Under the pieces are notes generated by a model that had not been told where the DNA came from, made no database searches, and worked only from the letters and a program-made list of their open reading frames with translations. The translations under genes were made by a program, and so were the position numbers. Below, piece after piece: positions 1-8,335 of a DNA stretch of 64,000 nt. Positions within the stretch are counted from its first letter, which is position 1. Every line of letters starts with the position of its first letter. Location of the stretch: the NCBI GenBank assembly GCA_965368975.1, contig CBDUPA010000005.1:32001-96000 (forward strand), read 5' to 3'. This DNA is from an uncultured bacterium (GTDB lineage Bacteria; Acidobacteriota; Thermoanaerobaculia; Multivoradales; JAHZIX01).

Positions 1-236
1 GCGCAGAGGGCGAGCAAGCTGTGCTAGTCGTCGAGACGACGGAGAAAGAGCCGGACGCCCTTGCCGCGCTCGACCACGACATCCGGCAGCGCGTTGGTCG
101 CGCCCTCGGCATGACGCTCGCCGACGTCGCCTTCGTGCGCCGTGGCCGCATTCCCAAAACCACGAGTGGCAAGGTGCAGCGCCGCGAGCTACGGCGCCGC
201 TATCTGGACGGCAAGGTCGAGCGACTCGGTTCCTGA
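1..236 (+). CDS. C-terminal end of an adenylate-forming enzyme, most like a fatty acyl-AMP ligase (5' end outside window)
   Basis: Frame open from position 3 (AEGEQAVLVVET...); contains the A10 motif IPKTTSGKVQRR typical of FAAL/AMP-binding C-terminal domains; stop at 234-236. Confidence 0.75.
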   Translation, partial: AEGEQAVLVVETTEKEPDALAALDHDIRQRVGRALGMTLADVAFVRRGRIPKTTSGKVQRRELRRRYLDGKVERLGS

Positions 237-262
237 TCTCCACCAGGGCGGCGCAGCCATCC

Positions 263-1654
263 TCACCCCGCGATCGCCGCGGCGCTGGCCATGCCACCGT
301 GCAGCGAGTTGATCACCCCAGGCGGCAGCGACATCGGCTTGATGCGCATGACCGACCCACCTGCGGTGTCACCGAAGCGGAAGATGCCCCAGACGGCGCG
401 GCATTCGATGATGCCCTCATCCTTGTACTGCCACAAATAGGGCCGCGACTCGACCATCTCCTGCACCAGCAGGTCACCCTCGGCGCCTTCTTCGATCATC
501 TTGCGCCACTCGTCGGCTTCCAGAGCGGCACCCGCGAAGACGTCACGGCCGGCGTGGCCGATGCATGGCTTGATCAGGAACTCGTCCTTGCGCTCGATCA
601 CTAGGTCCAGCAGTGACTCCACCTTCTGACCGCGGTAGGTGCTGGGGCCGGCTTGCAAGCGCCGACTCCAAGGGATGTGACGACGGATGGTCTCGCGCTC
701 GGCGGCGTCGAAGAGGTCCGGGTTGTCACCGTTCTCGGACAGCAACGCCAGGTTGCGCTTGTCGCTCTGTAGCATGTCCATCGGGCAGCCGAACCAGCGG
801 AAGCGGCGCTTCTTGAACGCTTCGAGAACATGGGCCGGCGAATCGTAGACCGGCAGGCGGAAGATTAGGTGCAGACGATGTCCCATGAAGTAGAGATCGT
901 CACCACGCTGCTCTACCTTCTCGAGATCGCGGAACACGAAGTAGTTGCCGGTCAGTCCCTCGCGGATGGTGCCAATGCGCTTGCGGAAGTCTTCGTTGAC
1001 CGCTTCCGGCTGCGGGTCTGGCTCCTCGGGTACACCCTCGAACCAGATGCCGATGTTGCACTCGTCCTCAATGTCCTCAGTGAAGCGCAGGGTCTCGCGG
1101 ATCATGTGCTCGAAGTAGAGCGCTTCGGTGTTCGGCGTCATGCCCTGCAGACCCTGCTGCTCCAGAAAAGTCGTCATCATCGGATGCCCGAGCAGGCCCA
1201 TGACGACGTAGCACATGTCGACCCCGGCCACCATCGGTGAGGAGTTGACCTCGACCAGCTTCCAGTCGTCCGGCGCCCACACCAGGTCGCTGCGCGTGAT
1301 GGCACCGGTCAGGCCGTAAGGCTTGCGCACGATGCCGCGCGCCGCCTCCTCGTCCATTGGATAGACTTGCATCAGCTTGTGCGGGTCGCTGTCGAACAGA
1401 CGTTCCGGGATGCTCTGGTTGAGGCGCAGAATGTCGGCCAGGATGCGCTGTGAGTCGTCGTAGCTGGCCTGACTCATCACCGGTGGCCAGCTCATCAGGT
1501 GCAGGCTGCGCTGTCCGGCCTGGCCGGCTGGGGTGCCGATCAATTCGTCGACCGGCTTGTGCCATTCGGGGTGGGCCTCCATGTACTCGAGGTAGGCGAG
1601 TCCATGGGGAGACAGGGCTTCGTGGCTGGCGCGGATCTCGGGCGTGATGTTCAA
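263..1654 (-). CDS. Circularly permuted ATP-grasp (glutathionylspermidine synthase-like) peptide ligase
   Basis: Motifs ITRSDLV..KLVEVNS, DKRNLALLS, IPWSRRL, LIKP..GHAGRDV, LVQEMV, GVINSLHGG; TTG start preceded by GGGAGGAG RBS. Confidence 0.75.
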   Translation of the reverse strand: MNITPEIRASHEALSPHGLAYLEYMEAHPEWHKPVDELIGTPAGQAGQRSLHLMSWPPVMSQASYDDSQRILADILRLNQSIPERLFDSDPHKLMQVYPMDEEAARGIVRKPYGLTGAITRSDLVWAPDDWKLVEVNSSPMVAGVDMCYVVMGLLGHPMMTTFLEQQGLQGMTPNTEALYFEHMIRETLRFTEDIEDECNIGIWFEGVPEEPDPQPEAVNEDFRKRIGTIREGLTGNYFVFRDLEKVEQRGDDLYFMGHRLHLIFRLPVYDSPAHVLEAFKKRRFRWFGCPMDMLQSDKRNLALLSENGDNPDLFDAAERETIRRHIPWSRRLQAGPSTYRGQKVESLLDLVIERKDEFLIKPCIGHAGRDVFAGAALEADEWRKMIEEGAEGDLLVQEMVESRPYLWQYKDEGIIECRAVWGIFRFGDTAGGSVMRIKPMSLPPGVINSLHGGMASAAAIAG

Positions 1655-1763
1655 GGCTGGCTCCTCCCAGAATAGATGTGGACGAGGGTCCGAGGTTTGG
1701 GCCTAAGATATAGTGCCCGCGCCCGCTTGTCATCCCTGTCCGAGAGGTGCCACCTTGGTTGCT

Positions 1764-3122
1764 TCAGCGTGGCCAGCGGAAGGCGACGATCGCTTCGAGT
1801 TCGCGCACGAACACTTGTTCACCAGCGACCGCGACGTGTCCCCAGGTCGAGGCCTGCGCGACCTCGCGGCGATCCTGCAGCTGGAAGGATTCCGGCGTCG
1901 CGCGCACCAGGAACAGCTCGCCGGCTTCGTTCAAGCCCAAGATCTGATCGTCTTGCCAGGTTAGGCTCCAGTACTTGCCCATTGACTGCGTCGTCCACTT
2001 GTCGGTGCCGTCACGCAGGTCGATGCAAGTAAGGCGACCGTTGCCCAGGTGCATGTAGATGTGGTCGTCGATCACCACCGGTGACGACATGTAGGCGGTC
2101 GACTTGTGCGTCCAGGTTTGTTCAGCGGACAGACTGCCGTGGGTGCCTTGGGTCGCTGCGGGTTGTTCGGCCAGGCTCAGCAAGTAGGAGCGTTCGCGCG
2201 AGGGGCTGGTGAAGACGGAATCCCCCCAGACAGCGGGAGTGAGGATGTGCATGCCGCGGAAGCTGGGCAGTTCCTGACCCCACAGTTCGTCGCCGGTTTC
2301 CGGGTCGAGACCGTGCATGGCCACTCGGGTCAGCACCAGCAGTTGTCTGCGTCCCGCCAGATCGGTCAGCACTGGCGACGAGAAGGCACCACTCATCATG
2401 ATGTCGCCCTGGCTCTCCAATCGCCGCCAGAGGGTTTCGCCGGTCCGCTTGTTCAGCTTGACCAGAGAATTGGCCGCTTGCACGAAGAGGGCATCGCCGT
2501 CCACCAGCGGTGAGCTGGCGAAGCCGAAGTCGGGGACCTTGGTGCTGAATCGAGCCGGAAAGTCGACGCGCCAGCGCTCTTCGCCGGTTTCGGCGTCGAG
2601 GGCCACGAGCAACTCGTTCATGCCGCCGACGTACAGCGTCTCGCCGTCGTAGGCTGGGGTGGCGCGGATCCAGTCGCCGTTGGCGGCGGCGAAGAAGGGA
2701 ACGGTACCCTTGCCCGGCCACGAGGCGGTCCACAGGATCTGCCCGGTGCGACGATCCAGGGCGTTGACCACTTCGGTGTCGCCGTTCTCGGTGCCGGCGA
2801 CGAAGACGCGTGTTTCGCTGACGATCGGCCCCGGATAGCCCTTGCCCAGCGGTACCCGCCACTGCTCGGTGAGTCCTTCCAGAGTCTCCGGCCAGTCGTC
2901 ACCGGTGACCTCGGCGTTGCGCTGCGGCCCGCGCCACTGGGGCCAGATTTGCGCCCAGGTGTCGACGGTGGGTGCCTGGGCTGCGCTCATCTCGATGTCG
3001 TCAGCACTGGCCCCTGCACTGGCCCCTGCACTGGCGCTAGCACTGGCCTGAGCACTGGCGGTGGATGGACAGAGCAGGAGCGGCAGGAGCAGCAGGGACG
3101 TCAGAAGCGACTTGTCGGGCAT
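1764..3122 (-). CDS. Secreted PQQ-binding-like beta-propeller repeat protein (BamB-like)
   Basis: Signal peptide after MPDKS (ATG 3122, GAGGAG RBS); WPQWRGP motif; repeated ALDxxTGxxxW and SSPV/SSPL blade motifs. Confidence 0.85.
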   Translation of the reverse strand: MPDKSLLTSLLLLPLLLCPSTASAQASASASAGASAGASADDIEMSAAQAPTVDTWAQIWPQWRGPQRNAEVTGDDWPETLEGLTEQWRVPLGKGYPGPIVSETRVFVAGTENGDTEVVNALDRRTGQILWTASWPGKGTVPFFAAANGDWIRATPAYDGETLYVGGMNELLVALDAETGEERWRVDFPARFSTKVPDFGFASSPLVDGDALFVQAANSLVKLNKRTGETLWRRLESQGDIMMSGAFSSPVLTDLAGRRQLLVLTRVAMHGLDPETGDELWGQELPSFRGMHILTPAVWGDSVFTSPSRERSYLLSLAEQPAATQGTHGSLSAEQTWTHKSTAYMSSPVVIDDHIYMHLGNGRLTCIDLRDGTDKWTTQSMGKYWSLTWQDDQILGLNEAGELFLVRATPESFQLQDRREVAQASTWGHVAVAGEQVFVRELEAIVAFRWPR

Positions 3123-3202
3123 CGGGTTCTCCTCGAAGCGAGTTGTTGTCGCTGTGAGGTTTCGTTGCCGGTCCGTGCGCGGATGCAACCCCGGGTCGCT
3201 TC

Positions 3203-4372
3203 TCAGGGCGCGCTCTGGATCACCGTCGCCTCGATGGTGCGTCGTTCCTGAGCCAGCTCGAGGCCGAAGTCCTCGCGTAGCGCCTGGTCTAGTGAGTCGA
3301 ACGAGCCACGCTCCCAGGCGAGGTCGATCTCGTAGCGGCCCGCCAGTTCGGTCTCGTTGAGAACTGGCTGGCGCATGAGATTCTCGAGCAGGCTGGCGAG
3401 GGCTGAGAGTGACAAGTTCGATCCCTGGATGGCGTCCGAGCGGACGGTGGTGCGGCCACCGGAGACTCCAGGCGGCAGTTTGTCCTCGGCACCCGGGAGT
3501 GCGCGCAGGACGAGAACGTCCAGCTCACGGCTTTCCGGCACCGAAGTGAGGTCAAAGGTGTGTTCGACCGCCGCGCGCAGGAAAGGCGTCGCGTCGGTCT
3601 CTTCGCCGACATCGAAGAGGAAGTCGTAGGGCTCTTCGGGCAACTCGGCGTCGAGCAGCAAGCGCGCCGGGCTGACCTCGTAGGCATGGCGGAGCGCCGT
3701 GGCAACGGAAGCATTGAGCGCCCAGAATCGTCCGTGCCCTCCCGTCATCATGCGTCTGTCGGTTTGCGAGGCGGGGCGAATGATGGCTCGGAAGACGGGG
3801 GCCGACTCGAACGCACCTGCCAGTTCTTCGATCGTCATGCCCTCGCTAGCAAGGTCCTCGACCTGCGGGGCGTTGCCGGCGAGCAGGCCGCGGATGTGCT
3901 CCGCCTGCAGCAAGGCCGGGTGGGTTTGCCTCTGCAATCGGCCCTGGGCGTCGATCAAGAAGGTGCGAGGGATGCCGCGCACGCCGTAGGCATCGAAGGT
4001 CGAGCGGTCTGTATCGACCGCGACCAAGCCGGCCATCGGGTGCTTCTTCAGGAACCGGCGCGCGGTGCGTCGACCCTCGTCGGTAATCGAAAGGAAGACG
4101 ACATTCTCGTCGGTGAACTCCTCGGCCAACTCGTTCCAGTGCGGGATCGCATCGACGCAGGGTCCGCACCAGGTGGCCCAGAATTCGAGCACGACCGCCT
4201 TGCCCTCGAGCACGCCGGGGTCGAAATCGCCTTCGCCGCCCGAGATCAGCTCTTGCGGGGAAATCTCCGGTGCCTGGGTGCCGAAGTCGAGAGCGCTGGC
4301 CGGCGTGAGCCAAAGGCTCGCCGCTACGAGCAACAGTATTCCGAGAGAGGACGGGCAGGCGCTTCTGATCAT
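3203..4372 (-). CDS. TlpA/redoxin domain fused to a TIGR03435 (DUF3738)-like acidobacterial domain
   Basis: Signal peptide; EFWATWCGPC thioredoxin motif; C-terminal LRHAYEV, PVLNETELAGRYEIDLAW, ALREDFGLEL pattern. Confidence 0.75.
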   Translation of the reverse strand: MIRSACPSSLGILLLVAASLWLTPASALDFGTQAPEISPQELISGGEGDFDPGVLEGKAVVLEFWATWCGPCVDAIPHWNELAEEFTDENVVFLSITDEGRRTARRFLKKHPMAGLVAVDTDRSTFDAYGVRGIPRTFLIDAQGRLQRQTHPALLQAEHIRGLLAGNAPQVEDLASEGMTIEELAGAFESAPVFRAIIRPASQTDRRMMTGGHGRFWALNASVATALRHAYEVSPARLLLDAELPEEPYDFLFDVGEETDATPFLRAAVEHTFDLTSVPESRELDVLVLRALPGAEDKLPPGVSGGRTTVRSDAIQGSNLSLSALASLLENLMRQPVLNETELAGRYEIDLAWERGSFDSLDQALREDFGLELAQERRTIEATVIQSAP

Positions 4373-4453
4373 GGTGGTCTCCTGAGGATACGGCTGGTTA
4401 GCGCCGCCGCGACCTGGTGGCTGGTCCGATACGAAGTGCGGGAGTGCCCGTTC

Positions 4454-5041
4454 TTACGGAAAGACCTTGCGGTGCGTCCAGCCACCGTCGTCGCTCCGCC
4501 GGTAGACGGTTCGGTCGTGCAGGCGGAAGGTGCCAGCGACCCAGAATTCGAAGTAGTCCGGCACCATGCGCAGGCCGGACCAGTGCGGCGGTCGGGGCAC
4601 CTTGCGCGTCAGGTACTTGGCTTCGACCTTGGCGACCTCTTTCAGCAACTCGGCGCGGTTCTTCATCGGTCGGCTTTGCTTGGACGCCCAAGCACCGAGC
4701 TGGGAACCCCGCGCCCGGCTGGCGAAGTAGGCGTCGGCCTCGGCGTCGTCGACCAGCTCGGCGGCGCCTTCGATCACCACTTGTTGCTGCAGCTCGCGCC
4801 ACCAGAAGTTGAGGCTGACATACGGATGCGCCAGGATCTGTGTGCCCTTGCGGCTCTCGAGATTGGTGTAGAAGACGAAGCCGTGCTCATCGAAGGTCTT
4901 GAGCAGGACGACGCGCGTCGAGGGGCGGCCGTCGGGCCCGACGCTGGCGACGGTCATGGCGTTGGGGTCGTCGATGCCGGTGGCTTCAGCGGCGGCCATC
5001 ACCTTGGCGAAACGTTCGAAGGGGTTGTCGAGGACTTTCAT
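4454..5041 (-). CDS. pdxH: Pyridoxamine 5'-phosphate oxidase
   Basis: PSTRVVLLK, FVFYTNLESRKG, YFASRARGSQLGAWASKQS, RPPHWSG, EFW..GTFRLHDR motifs. Confidence 0.95.
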   Translation of the reverse strand: MKVLDNPFERFAKVMAAAEATGIDDPNAMTVASVGPDGRPSTRVVLLKTFDEHGFVFYTNLESRKGTQILAHPYVSLNFWWRELQQQVVIEGAAELVDDAEADAYFASRARGSQLGAWASKQSRPMKNRAELLKEVAKVEAKYLTRKVPRPPHWSGLRMVPDYFEFWVAGTFRLHDRTVYRRSDDGGWTHRKVFP

Positions 5042-5071
5042 GCCTGGCTCCTGAGAGCGACTCGGTACGCG

Positions 5072-6232
5072 TCAGCTCAAGTCTTTGCGGAACAAGCGAC
5101 TCGCGGCAGCCAGAGCGACCAAGCTGATCAGGGTGAGGGCGCCGAGGGCACCGAGTTGGTCACTGAGCGGGGCACCTCGCAGCAGGATGCCTCGGCACAG
5201 GCGCACGTAGTGGGTCAGCGGCAGCATCTCCCCGAGCCAGCGGGCGGGACCGGGCATGGCCTGGAAGGGGAACATGAAGCCGGACAGCAGCACCGAGGGC
5301 AGGAAGAAGAAGAAGGACATCTGCGTGGCCTGCAGCTGGCTGCGTGTGACGCACGAGATGACCAGGCCGAGCGCCAGGTTGGCGGTGATGAAGACGATCG
5401 AGGCCAAGGCCAGGTCGAGCAAGGAGCCGCGCACCGGCACGTGGAAGAGCATCAAGCCGGCGGCGACGGTGACGACGATCTGTAGAAAGCCAATGCCGAC
5501 GTACGGCGCCAGCTTGCCGAGCATCAGCTCCAGGCGGTTGACCGGGCTGCCGATCAAGAACTCGAACGTTCCCCGTTCGCGTTCGCGCACGATCGCTACC
5601 GCCGTCATCAGCAGCATGGTGGTCGTGAGGATGACCCCCAACAGGGCTGGTACCACGAACACCGGCGTGCGCAGCTCGGGGTTGAAGTGGTAGAGCACGC
5701 TGAACGTGAAGCGGCGCTGGAACACGAGTTCGGGACGGGCTTCGAGACGGTCCGGTCGCTGCTCCAGGTAGTCCTCCAGGCCGTTGGTGGCAGCGCGCGC
5801 GGCACGTGCCAGGAGCGGGTCGGTGGCGTCTACCAGCACCGAGATCTGGGCACCGCGACCGCGGTAGTAGGAGCGGCTGAAGTCCGGAGGAATGACCACT
5901 GCGGCCTGCACTTCACCGGCCTCCAGCAGGCGCCGGGCCTCGGCCTCGCTGGCGGCGCCGGCGACGATGCGGAAAGCCTGCGTGGCTTCGAGCTGGCCGA
6001 CGAGCTTGCGGCTGATGTGGCTGCCATCCTGGTCCACCAAGGCGGTGTCGATGTGGCGAATGTCTTGGTTGATCGCGTAGCCGAAGAGCAGCAGCTGGAC
6101 AACCGGCACGCCGAGCACGAAGCCGGCGGTCAGCGGGTCGCGCAGCAGCTGGCGCAGCTCCTTGCGTGCCACGGCCCGCATGCGTCGCAGCGGCGCGCTG
6201 ATCTGTTCACGGACGGCTTCGTAGAAACTCAC
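5072..6232 (-). CDS. ABC-2 type exporter permease (YbhS/YbhR-like)
   Basis: KELRQLLRD, LLLFGYAIN, AIVRERERGTFE, LLSGFMFP motifs; multiple TM helices. Confidence 0.9.
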   Translation of the reverse strand: MSFYEAVREQISAPLRRMRAVARKELRQLLRDPLTAGFVLGVPVVQLLLFGYAINQDIRHIDTALVDQDGSHISRKLVGQLEATQAFRIVAGAASEAEARRLLEAGEVQAAVVIPPDFSRSYYRGRGAQISVLVDATDPLLARAARAATNGLEDYLEQRPDRLEARPELVFQRRFTFSVLYHFNPELRTPVFVVPALLGVILTTTMLLMTAVAIVRERERGTFEFLIGSPVNRLELMLGKLAPYVGIGFLQIVVTVAAGLMLFHVPVRGSLLDLALASIVFITANLALGLVISCVTRSQLQATQMSFFFFLPSVLLSGFMFPFQAMPGPARWLGEMLPLTHYVRLCRGILLRGAPLSDQLGALGALTLISLVALAAASRLFRKDLS

Positions 6233-6260
6233 GTCGTTGGTTGCCCCAGAAAGTGGTGCC

Positions 6261-7292
6261 TCAGAAAGCGGTGTCGTCCAGGACGCCTTCGGGACCTAGA
6301 GTGGCGGCGACGAAGACGTCTTCGAGACTCGGCTCGGCCGGCTCGCAGGTAGCGCCGGAAAGGCCGGCCTGCTGCAGGTGTTGCTCGAGCTGCGGTGCGA
6401 CGGCGGCGGCGTCTGGTCCGTCCATGGGCAGGAGCACATAGACGCGGTGGCCCAACTGGCTGACGCTCAGCACTTCCGGACGTGGTCGCAGCGCCGCGAT
6501 GGCCGCGGAGGGTGGTTGTGCGTTGACCGAGATGACACGGCCTTCGAGCTCCTCGGTGAGCCGGGACGGGGTTCCCTTGGCGACCTGTCGCCCTCGGCGC
6601 AGCAGGCACAGGCGGTGGCAGCGTACGGCTTCGTCCATGTAATGGGTCGAGACCAGGACGGTGGTGCCGGTGCCGGAGAGCTCGAAGATCTTCTCCCAGA
6701 AGGCGCGTCGACGGTCCGGGTCGACGCCGGCGGTGGGTTCGTCGAGCACCAGGAGCTTGGGGCTGTGCAGCGTGGCGGCGGCCAGCGCCAGGCGCTGTTT
6801 CCAGCCGCCGGAGAGGGTGCCCCCGAGTTGGTCGCGGCGCGCTTCCAGCTCGTGTTCCGCGAGGGCTGCCTCGGTGCGCCGCCGGCGTTCGTTGCGATCA
6901 AAGCCGAAGATCTCGCCGCAGAAGTCCAGGTTCTCGGCCACCGTCAGATCCTCGTAGAGCGAGAAGCGCTGTGTCATGTAGCCGACTTCCGAGCGCAGCG
7001 CCTCGGCATCTTGCGGTAGTTCCTTGCCGAGCACGAGCGCCCGGCCGGAGGTTGGCGGCAGCAGCCCGACCAGCATGCGGATCAGCGTCGACTTGCCGGC
7101 ACCGTTGGGTCCCAGGAAGCCGAAGACCTCGCCGCGTCGCACTTCCAGATCCAGGTTGTCGACCGCCGTGAAGGTTCCGAAGCGTCGACTCAACCTCTGG
7201 GTCTCGACCACTGCCGGTGCCAGCTCCGTCGGCGGCAGGCGTACCGTGGTGAAGGCATTGGGAATGTCAGGGGGGGGCGGTGGCAGCTTCAT
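6261..7292 (-). CDS. ABC exporter ATP-binding protein (YbhF-like)
   Basis: Walker A GPNGAGKS, signature LSGGWKQR, Walker B LVLDEPTAGVD, STHYMDEA; start placed at ATG 7292 (MKLPPP). Confidence 0.9.
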   Translation of the reverse strand: MKLPPPPPDIPNAFTTVRLPPTELAPAVVETQRLSRRFGTFTAVDNLDLEVRRGEVFGFLGPNGAGKSTLIRMLVGLLPPTSGRALVLGKELPQDAEALRSEVGYMTQRFSLYEDLTVAENLDFCGEIFGFDRNERRRRTEAALAEHELEARRDQLGGTLSGGWKQRLALAAATLHSPKLLVLDEPTAGVDPDRRRAFWEKIFELSGTGTTVLVSTHYMDEAVRCHRLCLLRRGRQVAKGTPSRLTEELEGRVISVNAQPPSAAIAALRPRPEVLSVSQLGHRVYVLLPMDGPDAAAVAPQLEQHLQQAGLSGATCEPAEPSLEDVFVAATLGPEGVLDDTAF

Positions 7293-7308
7293 CGTCGGGG
7301 CCTGGTGG

Positions 7309-8331
7309 CTAGTCTTGGGGCTGCTGGTCTTGGGGGCCCCCGGTCTGTGGCTCCCCGGTCTGTGATTCCTCGGTCCGTGGTTCCTCGTTGTGCGGTTCCT
7401 CGGTGGGCGGTTCCTCGGTCTGCGGTGGGCGTGTCCGGGGCTGCTCCTGTGTCGCGGGGGCGTCACCGGGTGCTGCGCTTCCTGCGCCCAGGCGCAGCCG
7501 TACCTGTGCCGGCAGCCCGGGGCGTAGGTCGGCTGGTGCGTTGTCCAGCACGACACGGGCCTGATACACCAGGTGTGCGCTCTCGCGCTCGGTCAACGCG
7601 TAGTGAGGGGTGAACTCGGCTTCGCGACCGACGTCCTCCAGGTGTCCTTCGAAAGTCTCCGAGCGCCCCTCGACGCTGACCTGGGCGCGCGTGCCCGGCT
7701 TGGCCTGCGCGACCGCCCGCGCTGGCAACCAGACGCGCACCCAGGGCGGCTCGTCGGCGAGCACGACCGCGGCGATGGCGCCCGCGGGTATGCGCTCGCC
7801 GACTTCGAACGGCAACTGGTCGACGATCCCGGCGGTCCGTGCGCGCAGCGTCAGATCTTCGAGCCGGCGCCGCGCCTGCGCCAGCCGTGCTTCCTTCTCG
7901 GCCACGGCGGCGCGGGCCTCGTCGCGGGCCCGTTGCGCTCGGTCGAGCGCTTGTGGTGTCGCGACACCGGAACGCCGCAGTCCCTGCGCACGTGTCATTT
8001 CACGCTCGCCTTCACGCAGCGCTGCTTGTGCCGCCGCCAGCCCGGCCTCGAAGGCCCGCAGCTCGGCGTCGGCGACCTCGGTATCGAGTTGCACGACGAT
8101 CTGTCCCGCCGACACTCGCGTACCCCGGCTGACCGGGATGGCATCGATGATCTCGGCGCTCGGTGCCGCCAGCTCCAAGGCTGTGCGTTCGACAGTGCCG
8201 GCCAGTTGCAGCGTGTCACCAGCGCAGCCAGTCATCAGCACGGTTGGTGCCGCCAGCAGCGCCAGCAGGCCCCACGCCGAGAACGGCGCGGAGCGGCAGC
8301 TAGATTTCTTCACGTAGTGAGCAAGGGCCAT
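7309..8331 (-). CDS. HlyD-family membrane fusion lipoprotein (YbhG-like)
   Basis: Lipobox-like LMTGC, lipoyl/barrel-sandwich halves around a coiled coil, EAEFTP motif; in operon with ABC genes. Confidence 0.85.
   Translation of the reverse strand: MALAHYVKKSSCRSAPFSAWGLLALLAAPTVLMTGCAGDTLQLAGTVERTALELAAPSAEIIDAIPVSRGTRVSAGQIVVQLDTEVADAELRAFEAGLAAAQAALREGEREMTRAQGLRRSGVATPQALDRAQRARDEARAAVAEKEARLAQARRRLEDLTLRARTAGIVDQLPFEVGERIPAGAIAAVVLADEPPWVRVWLPARAVAQAKPGTRAQVSVEGRSETFEGHLEDVGREAEFTPHYALTERESAHLVYQARVVLDNAPADLRPGLPAQVRLRLGAGSAAPGDAPATQEQPRTRPPQTEEPPTEEPHNEEPRTEESQTGEPQTGGPQDQQPQD
7312..7425 (-). repeat. Degenerate 15-nt (5-aa) coding tandem repeat forming an acidic/Pro-rich tail (TEEPP-TEEPH-NEEPR-TEESQ-TGEPQ-TGGPQ)
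   Basis: Units such as ggttcctcggt/ggttcctcgtt/gattcctcggt recur every 15 nt at the 3' end of the HlyD gene. Confidence 0.7.
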
Positions 8332-8335
8332 GTCG

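Noticed and set aside
3560-5485. Long + strand ORF (641 aa) and similar long antisense or alternative-frame ORFs (16300-17763, 19918-21825, 34787-36676, 48768-50348)
   Set aside because: They overlap well-supported genes, lack recognisable motifs, and are expected shadow ORFs in high-GC coding DNA.
7312-7425. 15-nt periodic repeats (also 12-nt repeats near 3004-3060 and a 15-nt duplication near 6244-6275) considered as CRISPR or contingency repeats
   Set aside because: Degenerate low-complexity repeats, mostly in-frame protein linkers; no constant repeat/unique spacer structure and no cas genes.
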